A stretch of DNA of 64,000 nt from Octopus vulgaris (GCA_951406725.2 OX597825.1:47058001-47122000), one strand, 5' to 3'; shown: positions 1-13,037, numbered from the stretch's first letter. Notes: generated by a model not told the origin, from the sequence alone. Program-made: numbers and translations.

Positions 1-940
1 CACCACTCCCACTTTGTCACATGTCGGGGCGTTTTCGTCTCACCGCGTCTTACAAATACTTCAGAACGACCAAGTAAAGTTTCTGGTTAACAGTTTGACC
101 TGGAGGAATAAATTCTGTGAGGAAAATTCTTTTCGTATCGATGAAACAAATCAGCATCGTCTTGACATTGGACTTCATTTGAAGCGCTTTGAAGTGTGGT
201 AACATCAAATGCTTCCATTGATTTGATTGGTGCTTCGTTTCCGAGTCGTAGCCGTAGCACCAGCTTTCGTCACAAGTGGTGGACTTCGATAAAAGGTCCT
301 GATTAGCATCCAACTGTTCTTTCAGTTTGCGACACGCATTCAGTCGTGACTGTTTTTGATCTTCCGTGAGCAAGTATGACACAAATTTGGCTGTAACATT
401 CGCAATTCCTCACTTACAATTTGTTTGCAGAAGCACTAGGACAAACCAGTCTCATATCAACAAGTTCGTCAATTGTTCGGCGACGGCCCTCCAAGGTCAG
501 TTCATGAATTTTCGGGATCTCTTTATTCGTTCGGGAGATCGACAGTCGTCCTGAATGAGGTTGGTCTTCAAGCGACAAGTAACCATTCCTAAAGCGTGAA
601 AACCGCTCGTGAACATGTGTTTTGCACATGGCAGCGTCCTTGCAAGCTGTTTGAAGCATGACAACTATTTTGGCCATCGTTTTCCCCAGCAGAAACAGAA
701 ATTTACGGAAGCACTCTGTTCCTTCGTTTCAGCAATCGCAAAAACCGACGAACAGGAGAGAAGCACTGCAAAACGAAGACACACTAAGTAGTAGTAGGAC
801 TACAGTCGTCGACTCGACACCGGTCGGCAGAATGATGCCTGGGAGTCGCATCAAGTGACCTCTAGCGGCGGAAGCCTGAGCTACAGCGGGCTTGTCCCAC
901 AGAGAACGTTTCCGATTATTTTTGGGTATCTCCTCGTGTA
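1..940 (-). mobile_element. Tc1/mariner transposon, degenerate, truncated by window start
   Basis: Minus-strand ORF pieces: 414-677 is a mariner-type HTH region (RFRNG..SLEDQPHSGR..I.EL), and 50-382 has the first catalytic D block (TCDESWCYGYDSETKHQS.QW, KTMLICFID, IPPGQTVN). Frameshifted. A TIR-like end ttccgattatttttgggtatctcctcgtgTA lies at ~910-940. Confidence 0.85.
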
Positions 941-1087
941 TGTGTGCGTGCGTGTGCGTGCGTGCCTGTCTGTGTGTATATGTGTGTGTTGATTTATGTG
1001 TATATAGACATATATGTGTATACATGGAAAACTGTGTACTGATATGTGTATGCGTATATACGTGTACCTTTATCTTTTATCATGTAC

Positions 1088-1280
1088 ACGTTTCAGTCAT
1101 TTAATTGTGGCCATGCTGGGGCACTGCATTGAAGAATTTAGTTATGCAAATGGACAAAACTACACATTTTCTAAATCTAGTATATACCCTACCATTGCTA
1201 TGGTCGAACTGCTAAATTGCGGAGACATCAACAAAAACCACATCGATTTTCATACAGTTGTGGTCGGGCAGCAAACAAAA
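1088..1280 (-). mobile_element. Octopus OR-type (CORE-like) SINE, 3' part, degenerate
   Basis: gtttcagtcatttaattgtggccatgctggggcac matches the tail of the full copy at 14948-15330 in reverse. Confidence 0.6.
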
Positions 1281-1604
1281 GCATATCGATACATACATAT
1301 ATAGCACATATAAATACATATGTGCCTGTGTTTTCGTATACATAAATATATATAGATATGGGTACATATACGTATAGACTTGAGCATGTATGTATATATG
1401 CATACATATATATGTGTGTATATAGATATATATGCATAGTAATTATATACCTGTATATGTGTTTATAGATATATATGTGTATTGGAATGCATATATATAT
1501 ATATATATATATACGTGTATATAAATTTATGTATAGAATGTTTGAAGTAGTGTACTGATATTGTACATTAAGAAAAAGGAATCAGTCAGAATTTTGGATA
1601 ATTC

Positions 1605-1648
1605 TTTATTAACGCTTTCGTTCGTTTAACCGAACTCCTCAAGATAAA
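1605..1648 (-). ncRNA. Degenerate minimal hammerhead-like motif
   Basis: Minus strand reads ttatc-UUGAGGA-guucg(guuaaa)cgaac-GAAA-gcguuaauaa. Stem II is a perfect 5 bp; core position 3 is non-canonical; stems I and III are weak. Confidence 0.4.
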
Positions 1649-1911
1649 ACGAGATCTATATGTATGTTGGTACACATTGTTTATTTATATATCTATGTGT
1701 CTGTGTTTGGGAGTGCGTGTGTGAGTATATTTTGTGCATATATATACATACACATGAATATATACTTTTACTAAGTTGAAAAAAAATCTTCACAAACCGT
1801 TTAATAAAAGCATATTACCCTACCTTCGGTATTCGAGAACTATTTTTTCCACCTTGTATATATACATATTCACAAAAATATTCTCCCATACACACCTTTC
1901 CACACACATTC

Positions 1912-2085
1912 TTGTACTTGTTTCAGTCATTTGACTGCATGTATGCTGGAGCACCGCCTTTAGTCAAACAAATCGATCCCAGGAATTATTCTATTGGTCT
2001 CTTTTGTCGAACCGTTAATTTACGGGGACGTAAACACACCAACATCGGTTCTCAGGTGATAGTGGGGTGACAAATACAGACACCA
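1912..2085 (-). mobile_element. OR-type SINE, 3' half
   Basis: cttgtttcagtcatttgactgc..atgctggagcaccgcctttagtc is the reverse complement of 15280-15322. Confidence 0.75.
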
Positions 2086-2107
2086 AAATGCATGTATATA
2101 TATATAT

Positions 2108-2472
<365 letters not shown>

Positions 2473-2745
2473 GTCTGAGCGCATATCTGCGCATTACCAT
2501 CCACGGCACGAGTGATGACAACAAATGGGCCATTGGAACACGTTCGTTCCACAGAAAGCGGAAGAGTAAGTCCTCCATTCTAGTCAGACATGAGCTAAGG
2601 CAAAACACGACAGTCAGGCGGTAATATATGATGGTGGTGATGTATGCACTCACCACCTATTTCGACCTTTCAGAAATAGCTTCCTCTCGGCCCATTTCTG
2701 GTTAAGAATGACCACACTATTCGTTGCCTCGTCCAATCCTTCTTT
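2473..2745 (-). repeat. Inverted near-identical copy of the L1/Tx1-like fragment at 6667-6940
   Basis: Base-for-base reverse complement by eye; the ORF track gives the same peptides on opposite strands. Confidence 0.95.
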
Positions 2746-2759
2746 ATATATATATATAC

Positions 2760-2828
<69 letters not shown>

Positions 2829-2915
2829 TATACATATACATATATACATATATTTATATATATATATATACATATATACATATATATATATATACATATA
2901 TACATATATATATAT

Positions 2916-2990
<75 letters not shown>

Positions 2991-2995
2991 TATAC

Positions 2996-3038
<43 letters not shown>

Positions 3039-3104
3039 TATACATATATATATATATATACATATATATACATATATATACATATATATACATATATATA
3101 TATA

Positions 3105-4204
3105 TTGATAAAACGGTAAGATAACAAAAGAAAGAAAGAGACCTCAATATTATGTAAATAGAGGAAATTTATCTATACAATATGTTACATTACTCGGTAG
3201 TCAAGATAAAACTCTGAGTTTCAGATGCCGAAGTGGAAATCCACAACACCATCTCTTCGGTTATCTGGCTATTTGAAAACGTTATGAAAAAATACCGTTA
3301 AAAATGAAGGGAAATTACTCTGTTATAACTCTGCTTTGCCTGCGTACTTATACATCGCTCGCATTTTTCGTCATAAAAATTATATAAAAATACATAAAAA
3401 TATATAAAAATATATAAAAATATATAAAATCTTCTTGGGACATAACACAGAAAGCATGTTCTATCCGTTTTCTTTAGGGGACCAAAAACGTAACAGAAAT
3501 TTAGTCACATGTGGGCATGATCCGAAAAGCTCTGTCCTTGTATTTAGACATGTGGTAGGGTCTAAGCTGCTTTTCCAGATAAGCCATCTCTCCATGTCGC
3601 ATAAACCGCACCTTCCGCTGCCGTTAGTATAGGGCTTACATCTGGCCAAAATCTTCCATTGTATGTTATAATCGACACCTTTATCTCTTAAAGACCAAAT
3701 ATGATTGGATAATTGTGTCGCTTTTCTTTTGTTCCAGTGCCTAAAGCTCAAAGTGTGGTTATTGAACCTGGCCTTGAAATTACCCTCTGTCAGGCCCACG
3801 TATTTCTTCGTCGAAACGGTGTCTTTAGTGGTTATAGAGTTTACGGTAGCTTCATATATGATGGTCTTGGACATGCAAGCTCCATTTAGCGGGCACAATT
3901 CTTTATTCCTGCATGAACAGCTGTTTTCTTCTTGTGTTTTTTGTATGTTATGATTGATTATGTTTTTAAAATTGGTAGTTGAACTAAAACTAATTTTTAA
4001 ATTGTGTCTATTGAAGAGTTTCCTATAAGCATGGTTAACTGGAAAATGTCTATCTATCAGTGCTAGGAAATATTTACCTATATTGAAGGCCACCTCGGGT
4101 GAGTAAGGGGGCGTAAACCAGATGACCTTCCTATTTCTATTATTCCTTTTCCTTATTGTTGGGCTGGTGATAGGTGTATATTTTATAAGGAAAAGGAATA
4201 ATAG
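3105..4204 (-). mobile_element. Penelope-like element 3' part (GIY-YIG endonuclease ORF 3461-4213 plus pLTR)
   Basis: RNRKVIWFTPPYS...ISFS...CSCRNKELCPLNGAC..KTIIYEA...KYVGLTEGNFKARFNNH...LSNHIWSLRD...CGLC..E...LNTRTELFGSCPH. This is a PLE GIY-YIG domain in an open frame. Confidence 0.85.
3204..3266 (-). ncRNA. Type I hammerhead-like motif (mirror copy of 4879-4941)
   Basis: Exact reverse complement of 4879-4941. Confidence 0.55.
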
Positions 4205-4967
4205 AAAACACAAGAAGAAAACAGCTGTTCATGCAGGAATAAAGAATTGTGCCCGCTAAATGGAGCTTGCATGTCCAAGACCATCATATATGAAGCTACC
4301 GTAAACTCTATAACCACTAAAGACACCGTTTCGACGAAGAAATACGTGGGCCTGACAGAGGGTAATTTCAAGGCCAGGTTCAATAACCACACTTTGAGCT
4401 TTAGGCACTGGAACAAAAGAAAAGCGACACAATTATCCAATCATATTTGGTCTTTAAGAGATAAAGGTGTCGATTATAACATACAATGGAAGATTTTGGC
4501 CAGATGTAAGCCCTATACTAACGGCAGCGGAAGGTGCGGTTTATGCGACATGGAGAGATGGCTTATCTGGAAAAGCAGCTTAGACCCTACCACATGTCTA
4601 AATACAAGGACAGAGCTTTTCGGATCATGCCCACATGTGACTAAATTTCTGTTACGTTTTTGGTCCCCTAAAGAAAACGGATAGAACATGCTTTCTGTGT
4701 TATGTCCCAAGAAGATTTTATATATTTTTATATATTTTTATATATTTTTATGTATTTTTATATAATTTTTATGACGAAAAATGCGAGCGATGTATAAGTA
4801 CGCAGGCAAAGCAGAGTTATAACAGAGTAATTTCCCTTCATTTTTAACGGTATTTTTTCATAACGTTTTCAAATAGCCAGATAACCGAAGAGATGGTGTT
4901 GTGGATTTCCACTTCGGCATCTGAAACTCAGAGTTTTATCTTGACTACCGAGTAATGTAACATATTG
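4205..4967 (+). mobile_element. Inverted duplicate of the PLE 3' end (GIY-YIG 4247-4684 plus pLTR)
   Basis: Reverse complement of 3178-3940; the peptide is identical in the ORF track. Confidence 0.9.
4879..4941 (+). ncRNA. Type I hammerhead-like motif with U4C core
   Basis: agataa-CCGAAGA-gatg(..gtggatttccac..)catct-GAAAC-tcaga-GTT-ttatct. Stem I is a perfect 6 bp, stem III is near-palindromic, and it lies ~200 nt downstream of the GIY-YIG stop. Confidence 0.6.
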
Positions 4968-4987
4968 CATATATATATATATGTATA

Positions 4988-5026
<39 letters not shown>

Positions 5027-5061
5027 ATATATATATGTATATATATGTATATATATATATG

Positions 5062-5129
<68 letters not shown>

Positions 5130-5136
5130 CATATAT

Positions 5137-5360
5137 GAAAAAACAAGTCAAAAATAGAAAATGCTAAGATAATTTTATAGTGAATCTTTCAGTACCGGTT
5201 TCGGTCATTTTGAGACCTTTTCAACTGTAACGATTAAATAAGTAAATTTAGAAAAATTAGAAGAAAAGTTTTTTTAAAAGAATATTTCTGTAGTAGTGTT
5301 CAGATATAAGTAGCATTCTGCCTTTCTCTGACTGCCTTGTTTGGACTTGTGTGTTCGAGG

Positions 5361-5361
<1 letters not shown>
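5137..5361 (-). repeat. pLTR-like unit C (inverted copy), with hammerhead-like motif at 5190-5227
   Basis: Reverse complement of 5938-6162 with about two substitutions. A partial + copy lies at 5488-5625. Confidence 0.85.
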
Positions 5362-5392
<31 letters not shown>

Positions 5393-5423
5393 TACATACA
5401 TATATATACATATATATACATAT

Positions 5424-5463
<40 letters not shown>

Positions 5464-5641
5464 ATATGTATATATATATATATATATACCTCGAACACAC
5501 AAGTCCAAACAAGGCAGTCAGAGAAAGGCAGACTGCTACTTATATCTGAACACTACTACAGAAATATTCTTTTAAAAAAACTTTTCTTCTAATTTTTCTA
5601 AATTTAATTATTTAATCGTTACAGTTATTATTATTTAATCG

Positions 5642-5712
<71 letters not shown>

Positions 5713-5849
5713 TACATACATATATATATATGTTTGAGCGCATATCTGCGCATTACCATCCACGGCACGAGTGATGACAACAAATGGGCCATTGGAACAC
5801 GTTCGTTCCACACGTTCGTTCATACATATATATACATATATATACATAT

Positions 5850-5909
<60 letters not shown>

Positions 5910-5937
5910 ATATGTATATATATATATATATATATAT

Positions 5938-6162
5938 ACCTCGAACACACAAGTCCAAACAAGGCAGTCAGAGAAAGGCAGAATGCTACTTATATCTGAA
6001 CACTACTACAGAAATATTCTTTTAAAAAAACTTTTCTTCTAATTTTTCTAAATTTAATTATTTAATCGTTACAGTTGAAAAGGTCTCAAAATGACCGAAA
6101 CCGGTACTGAAAGATTCACTATAAAATTATCTTAGCATTTTCTATCTTTGACTTGTTTTTTC
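5938..6162 (+). repeat. pLTR-like unit C embedded in (TA)n
   Basis: Three local copies; a diverged relative lies at ~42300-42400 (minus). Confidence 0.85.
6072..6109 (+). ncRNA. Minimal hammerhead-like motif with U3-A8 core (UUGAAAA)
   Basis: cag-TTGAAAA-ggtc(tcaaaat)gacc-GAAA-ccgGTA-ctg, with palindromic accggt in stem III. Confidence 0.6.
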
Positions 6163-6169
6163 ATATATG

Positions 6170-6265
<96 letters not shown>

Positions 6266-6337
6266 CACACACATATATATATATATATATATACATATAT
6301 ATACATATATATATATGTATATATATATATATGTATA

Positions 6338-6394
<57 letters not shown>

Positions 6395-6455
6395 GTATAT
6401 ATATATGTATATATATATGTATATATATGTATATATATGTATATATATATATGTA

Positions 6456-6509
<54 letters not shown>

Positions 6510-6596
6510 ATATATATATGTATATATGTATATATATATATATGTATATATGTATATATATATATATGTATATATATATGTATATATATATGTATA

Positions 6597-6666
<70 letters not shown>

Positions 6667-6668
<2 letters not shown>

Positions 6669-7000
6669 AAGAAGGATTGGACGAGGCAACGAATAGTGTG
6701 GTCATTCTTAACCAGAAATGGGCCGAGAGGAAGCTATTTCTGAAAGGTCGAAATAGGTGGTGAGTGCATACATCACCACCATCATATATTACCGCCTGAC
6801 TGTCGTGTTTTGCCTTAGCTCATGTCTGACTAGAATGGAGGACTTACTCTTCCGCTTTCTGTGGAACGAACGTGTTCCAATGGCCCATTTGTTGTCATCA
6901 CTCGTGCCGTGGATGGTAATGCGCAGATATGCGCTCAGACCGCGACATCTCTAGTGTTTCTTTGAGAGTGAGCCAGTGTTGTCGACGTTTGTCAGATTCG
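6667..7000 (+). mobile_element. L1/Tx1-clade LINE fragment (post-RT region)
   Basis: [13 protein letters not shown] / [12 protein letters not shown]...[11 protein letters not shown]...VPW..RRYALR.RHL resembles the W..R.LSL.GR...F.W region of L1/Tx1 ORF2; frameshifted. Confidence 0.6.
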
Positions 7001-7058
7001 CCTTTCTACAGCTTGTATCTTTGATTTAGCTGCAGTCCTGGATCATGAATACTTATTA

Positions 7059-7131
7059 ATACTTGTATATGATCGAGTATTGTATTATTCTCAATACTCA
7101 CGGCAAGCTGACGAGTGATTACGCGAAACTC
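7059..7131 (+). ncRNA. Type III hammerhead-like motif, partly decayed
   Basis: ATA-cttgt..gagtattg(tattattct)caatactc..gcaag-CTGACGA-gtg(atta)cgc-GAAAC. The core is intact and stem I is long; stem III is mismatched. Confidence 0.5.
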
Positions 7132-7236
7132 TGACTAACAGTTTGTAAAATTTTATTCAGATTTAGTAAAGCAACATGTTACTCTACATTTGGTATTCGG
7201 GTACTATTCCAATTTGTGTAGGACCTTTGTGGTCAC

Positions 7237-7267
<31 letters not shown>

Positions 7268-7559
7268 TGTATGTATGTATGTATGTATGTATGTATGTAT
7301 GTATGTATGTATGTATGTATGTATGTTTGTATGTATGTATGTATGTAGGCATGCATGTATGTATGTTTTTTACGGCATTTTGATTTAAAACAAATTTTGA
7401 CGGGCTACCTGATTTGTAGCAAGGTTGTGGAGGAAAGTATCTTGTTTTGTTTATCATCCTTTAAATCTTAAGAAGGACTTAGATTTTTATCGTTCAAGAT
7501 ATCGCGATCATTTGAGTGTATGAATTAAGTAATTAAGGTAACTTTTTGCAACATGAATA

Positions 7560-8330
7560 ATCTAAATCCAAGTTCAGCTATACTCCTACATTGCTCCAGG
7601 TGGGGAGCGTATCCTGTTGCTCTACCAATAATAGGTTTGAAACTGAAAGTGTATATTGGGTTCTAGATTTGCAAACTCCCTATCAATAGTCCATAGATGT
7701 TCTCTTTCTCCTGTATTTTTAAAAACCATATTGGAGTCCAGAGGGCAGTGGATTCCCACAATAGAACATCTTTTCCCCGTGATCATACACAAACGAGCTG
7801 GCAGAAACGCTTAGCGGTATTTGGTCTGTCTTTACGTTCTGAATACAAATTCCGCCGAGGTCGATTTTGACTTTCATCCTTTCGGGGTTGATATAATCGA
7901 CTGGCCTCTTCCTCCAAAATTTCGTGCCTTGTACCTAGAGTAGAAAAGAATATCTGGTCAGTTACGTTGTAATTTGGTAGCTGTTCTAATTTTTAACTTC
8001 CATCCATATTCTTTTGATTCATCGGTCTCAATATGGTCAACTTTGTCTGTTGGCGTTTTCTATTTGTCACTCTGCTCCAAACTGTTCTCACCACCGTATC
8101 ATACCTTATGGGAAGATAATATCTGGAAGATATTTTCTCGCAGTTAGCAATAATGTGGTTGATGTCTTCAGTCTTGGCCCTGCACAGCCTAAATTCGTTG
8201 TCTGTCTATCTTTCTACCTCTCATGCTGTTGGTATTTGGTAGGGATTTCTTGTTATTCAACTGTATGGAAGTAGCCTTCGAAGTAGGTACTTGTCGGTAC
8301 TTCATGCCAAGCTTTTGACATGATCAATTT
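7560..8330 (-). mobile_element. RLE-type (R2/R4-like) LINE 3' fragment interrupted by a SINE
   Basis: Minus translation gives RLCRAKTEDINHIIANCEKISSRYYLPIRYDTV (CCHC knuckle plus RHD-like) and then CSIVGIHCPLDSN..KENIYG..FKPII, an endonuclease C-terminus. Confidence 0.55.
7793..7952 (+). mobile_element. tRNA-derived SINE (Meta-domain-like family)
   Basis: gagctggcagaaacg..aattccgccgaggtcgattttgactttcatcctttcggggttgat..ccttgtacctagagtagaaaagaat. Confidence 0.8.
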
Positions 8331-10112
8331 CTTCTATGGTTTGTGTTCTTCGCGCCAAGTACCTATATACATATTATCTTATCAGTGAATGAGTTCATTT
8401 TAAAAATTTTGTTCTTTTGATAGATAGAATTTATCAATGTTCCTTGGGGGAGAGATCTATATCAGCTCTTACTTCATGCCTCTTCTCAAGTTCATTAGCT
8501 ATCATAATTATGTTGCTGATTTCACGGTCACAAACTTGAGTAAGAGAGTTACTGGTATCTTTCCCCTGCTGAAGATGTTTCGGTGTCACAATACGTGCTT
8601 CATATGACATCGATACAGATTTGAAACCGCGGTCTCAAATCTGTATAGCCTGTTTACATCGCCATTGATATTGAACTTTCCTGTAACACTGCACTTGACA
8701 GTTCATTGACGTCTTTCAGTTACCAGTTCAGAAGACCAAACGCAGGCGCGAGGACAGGCAAACGAAAGTGTTGCGCGCAAGCTGAGCGTTCTGATGACTA
8801 TATTCTCTTTACTCTCCAGGGGTACTCATTCCTGGTCCTTCCTTTATCTATGGGTCTATCATATCTGACATTTTCGCCCTGTTCAAGATACCTACAGTGG
8901 CCAGCTGACTGTAGCAGCTGTGGCGTCAAATCATTCATTTTTAGGTTTTCAGAGAAGAGCCCAACTGCACCACGCTTTATCGTCAAAAATGTGCGCTTAA
9001 ATAGCAAACAGAGTCGGAAAAGGACGGGGCTGATTAGATCGCATTGATGACAAGAGGACAAGTAACGATGTCAAAGAGTGGCAAATGAGGATGGCCATTG
9101 GTCCATTGGCTGGGGTGTAAAGTGCAGTGGTGTAGTCGACGGCACGGGTGCGCCAGAGGAAGGTTTAGATAAAATGGATGGTTAACTGATCATGCATTGA
9201 ATCTCAAATCCATGGTTACTGCGACAGTGAAGGGACGTAGCAATTGGGAGTATGGGATGGTGCATTTAAGTACGTGAGGTGGGAAGTGAAAAAAATCAAA
9301 GTGAATGTGAGATTCCATTGGTTTAAAGACAATGACGGTGGTGAGGGCAATAGTGCGGAAGAAAAAAAATAAAGGTGTTAAGGAAATTGAGGAAGGTTTC
9401 AGAGATAGAGGAAGGAAAATAAGGAGGGGGTAAAAAACCCGACAAAGTAAATTAAAGTGATAACTCTTGGGTGGGTGGAGGAGAAAGAGAGAGAAAGAAG
9501 GAAGTGGTGCCGATACTGTTGTCAGCGTATTTCTGGTGTAGGGCTGGGAAAAATTTTGAGAATCAATAAATGAATAAATTAGCGCGGTTAGGGAACATCG
9601 CTGTGCCCTTTGTCACTCTAGTAGTTGTTGATAGATTTTATCATGAAAGATAAGAGTAAGAAACTGAGGAGTATAGAGGTGCGAGGACCAAATCTGGTGC
9701 AGAGATCGGATAAGTAACAAAGGGTGCGAAAGCGAGTGTATGTGTGTGTGTGCACGCGCGCGATTGTGTTTGTGCACGTGTGTGTGCGCTGTTGGATAAA
9801 TTGATAAGAAATTCACTCTGGGTACGATCTCACTGTGTAGCAACTTTGTCTAGTGTCATTTTGTACAGCCAAGAATCCACTCTTGCCTTGTGCATGAAAC
9901 TGAGGTAAGCAGAAATTGTATAGAAGCCTGTCAGGTGAATTGCATCTGTAATTGAAATGGCATAATCTTGGCACACAGTGTAACGCTAATTTTGTCAAGA
10001 GCAGGTCATTCGGTTGATCGAACAAATGAATCTTCTACGTCGAAGCTGATGAAAAAGTATGCATATATAAACATTGCGTGTGTGTATGTGTGAGTTCTCC
10101 CCCCCTCTCCCC

Positions 10113-10160
<48 letters not shown>

Positions 10161-10269
10161 CTGTGTGTGTATATGTATACACACACACATATACAGCATA
10201 TATACATATACACATAAAGAGTTTTCTGGAAGACAATGTAACCGTTTTCGTCCGTATAGACTTGTATTA

Positions 10270-10334
<65 letters not shown>

Positions 10335-11084
10335 AACTACTACTTTTCTCCTTTTTTCTTTTACCCTCCTTCCTCATCCTCCCGTCTTTACCTTCAATTC
10401 CTTTTCTTGCTGCTACTCTTCCTTCTCTCTTTCTCCTCATTTCTCCCACTGCTTATCGTTGTTCTCTTTGTCCTTTTCTCCGGTTCTCCTTCTTTCTCCT
10501 CGCACACTGTACTGTTCTTCAAGTAGAGAAGATATTGTAAAGTAAAGAAAACAAAATCAAAATCTCTCCCTCTGTCACCTTTAAGACGTAGCATTTGTTC
10601 CAGAATGAATCTTATTTAATAGTTTTATCGTTTATTTCTTTATGTTTACGTATTTTTGTACTGAAAGTCATTTTCCTTGAAAATATCTCTTTTTGCTTCT
10701 TTAATAGTAAAGGCAAAATAGTGAAACAATATCTATGAATACTTGGTGATGAGTCGTAGCATGTTGTTGGAAAGCTAATAGCATATGTGACGATACGTTT
10801 TTAACACAAGTCAATAGGTAATTATCAGCTAAGTGTCGCTAGATGGCGACTCTAGTATGCTAATGTTTACGTCATACCTAGTATTAAGAGTAGACAACAT
10901 TTGCTAGGAAACAAGAGTATGATAGCGAAAATAACTATGACAAAGAAGGATATGACAGCACTAAATGTAGCAACGATATATGTATGTGCGTATGTATGTA
11001 TGTATGTTTGTATGTATGTATGTATGTAGGTATGTATGAATGTATGTATATATGTATGTATGAATGAATGTGCGTATGTATGTA

Positions 11085-11135
<51 letters not shown>

Positions 11136-11245
11136 ATATATATTTCCACATATGTCATGTGTGTGCATGTATATATATATATGTGTGTATGTATGTATCT
11201 GTATGTATATATGTATGTATGTGTATGTATATATATATACGTATG

Positions 11246-11287
<42 letters not shown>

Positions 11288-11413
11288 TATATATATATGT
11301 ATGTGTATGTATGTCAATATATACGTATGTATGTGTATATATATATGCATATATAATTATATGTATATAGATATATGTGTGTATATATGCGTATATATAT
11401 GCATATATAAATG

Positions 11414-11449
<36 letters not shown>

Positions 11450-11474
11450 CATGCATATATATATAAATGTATGT

Positions 11475-11544
<70 letters not shown>

Positions 11545-12991
11545 ATACATGCATATGTATATAAATGTATGCAGGTAGATAAGAATAGAGGTGAGTTAGT
11601 GTACGCTTCTGCACTTAAGATAGGAAACTACACAAGCTTGTTGAATAATCTGTGTATATTGAATGTGTATTTGCAACATCTGCAACAGGGGGATTCCCAG
11701 CACAAATAGAAATATAAGAAGACTGCTGCCGCTGCTACTACAACCTTCATACCATTCTTTCCTCGACATTGCATTTAATATTTCGCAGCAGTTCTTTAGG
11801 ATATCACTTTTCCCACCAATCATTATTATTGCTTTCGTCAGAAACAAGGGGCTTCCCTCATTTCTTAGACTGTGATTTTGGAATGCTTATGGCTACATTA
11901 GTGCTATTTCTTTCGCTGATTCGTTGCAACTTAAAATGTTTACTGCACTTAGATAAGCTAAAAGAAATTTAATTTTATTCATTGTCTATTAGTAGTCGGG
12001 TTTCTTTCAAGCTAGCTTTAAAATATTTTATTTTTCAGTTTATGGGGAGCAGCAAATTCCACGCCTTTCTCTTACAGTCGTGAGTGTAAAGGCGGGACTA
12101 GTGTGAGGAGCCTGTGAATAAGCTTATTTAATATCTATTTACTTCCTACCCATCTCGTGTCGGACGAGATACTAGCATGGCCATCTCGGTCAGTTATTTC
12201 TCAAGCTCTACTGAATAATATTCTCTTTTTTTTTCATTTATTTCTCTACTTGTACGCTTTACATGATAATCGATAGCTCTCCCTACTTCATAAACTGCTG
12301 TTTTATCTTTCCACGCTCTCTCTATCACCTGTTCTCTCCTGTGCAAAACATATACCGTTTACTAGTTTTATTGCTTTTTTCCTTCCCTCCTTCTTTCTTT
12401 CCATTTTCTTTCACATTTAGTTTCCTTTTCTCGTGTCTTTATTTTCATTTGCTTTTACTTGTTTATTATTATTATTTTTTTGTAAATAATGCAAAGATTA
12501 AATACACTGCAATCATCTGATTTAGTTTACAGTGTAATAATGGAATATTACGTTGCGCTTTGCTTTTTAATCTCGCATCAAATGATTGCAATGTTTCTAT
12601 AGTTTTATGGCTGCTGTTTATTATAAATAAAGCTTAGCACAAAGAAACTAGTAGTATTGAATAACATTTCACGATGAATAACAACTCGACTTCTTGTCAT
12701 GAGTACTTGTGAGGGACTCAAGGAAATCTACTGCAATTCTGCTACAAGAGAGACGCAATAGGCGCAACATACTGAGCGGACGGTCAGTGTAGCGTTGCAG
12801 AAGTGTCATCAAACAAATAAAATCAGACACACTCAGATAACAAACCAAGCGTTTCATCATCTTATTACTGCAAAATACATTGATACACACGCGCGCGCGC
12901 ACACACACGTACGCACGCACATACACACACATACACGCGCGCACACACACATGCGCGTCGCGCTCACACACACACATAGATCGATAAACAG

Positions 12992-13037
<46 letters not shown>

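Noticed and set aside
8560-9060. GC-richer stretch with ORFs on both strands
   Set aside because: No recognisable motif. It is possibly a LINE 5' remnant but cannot be assigned.
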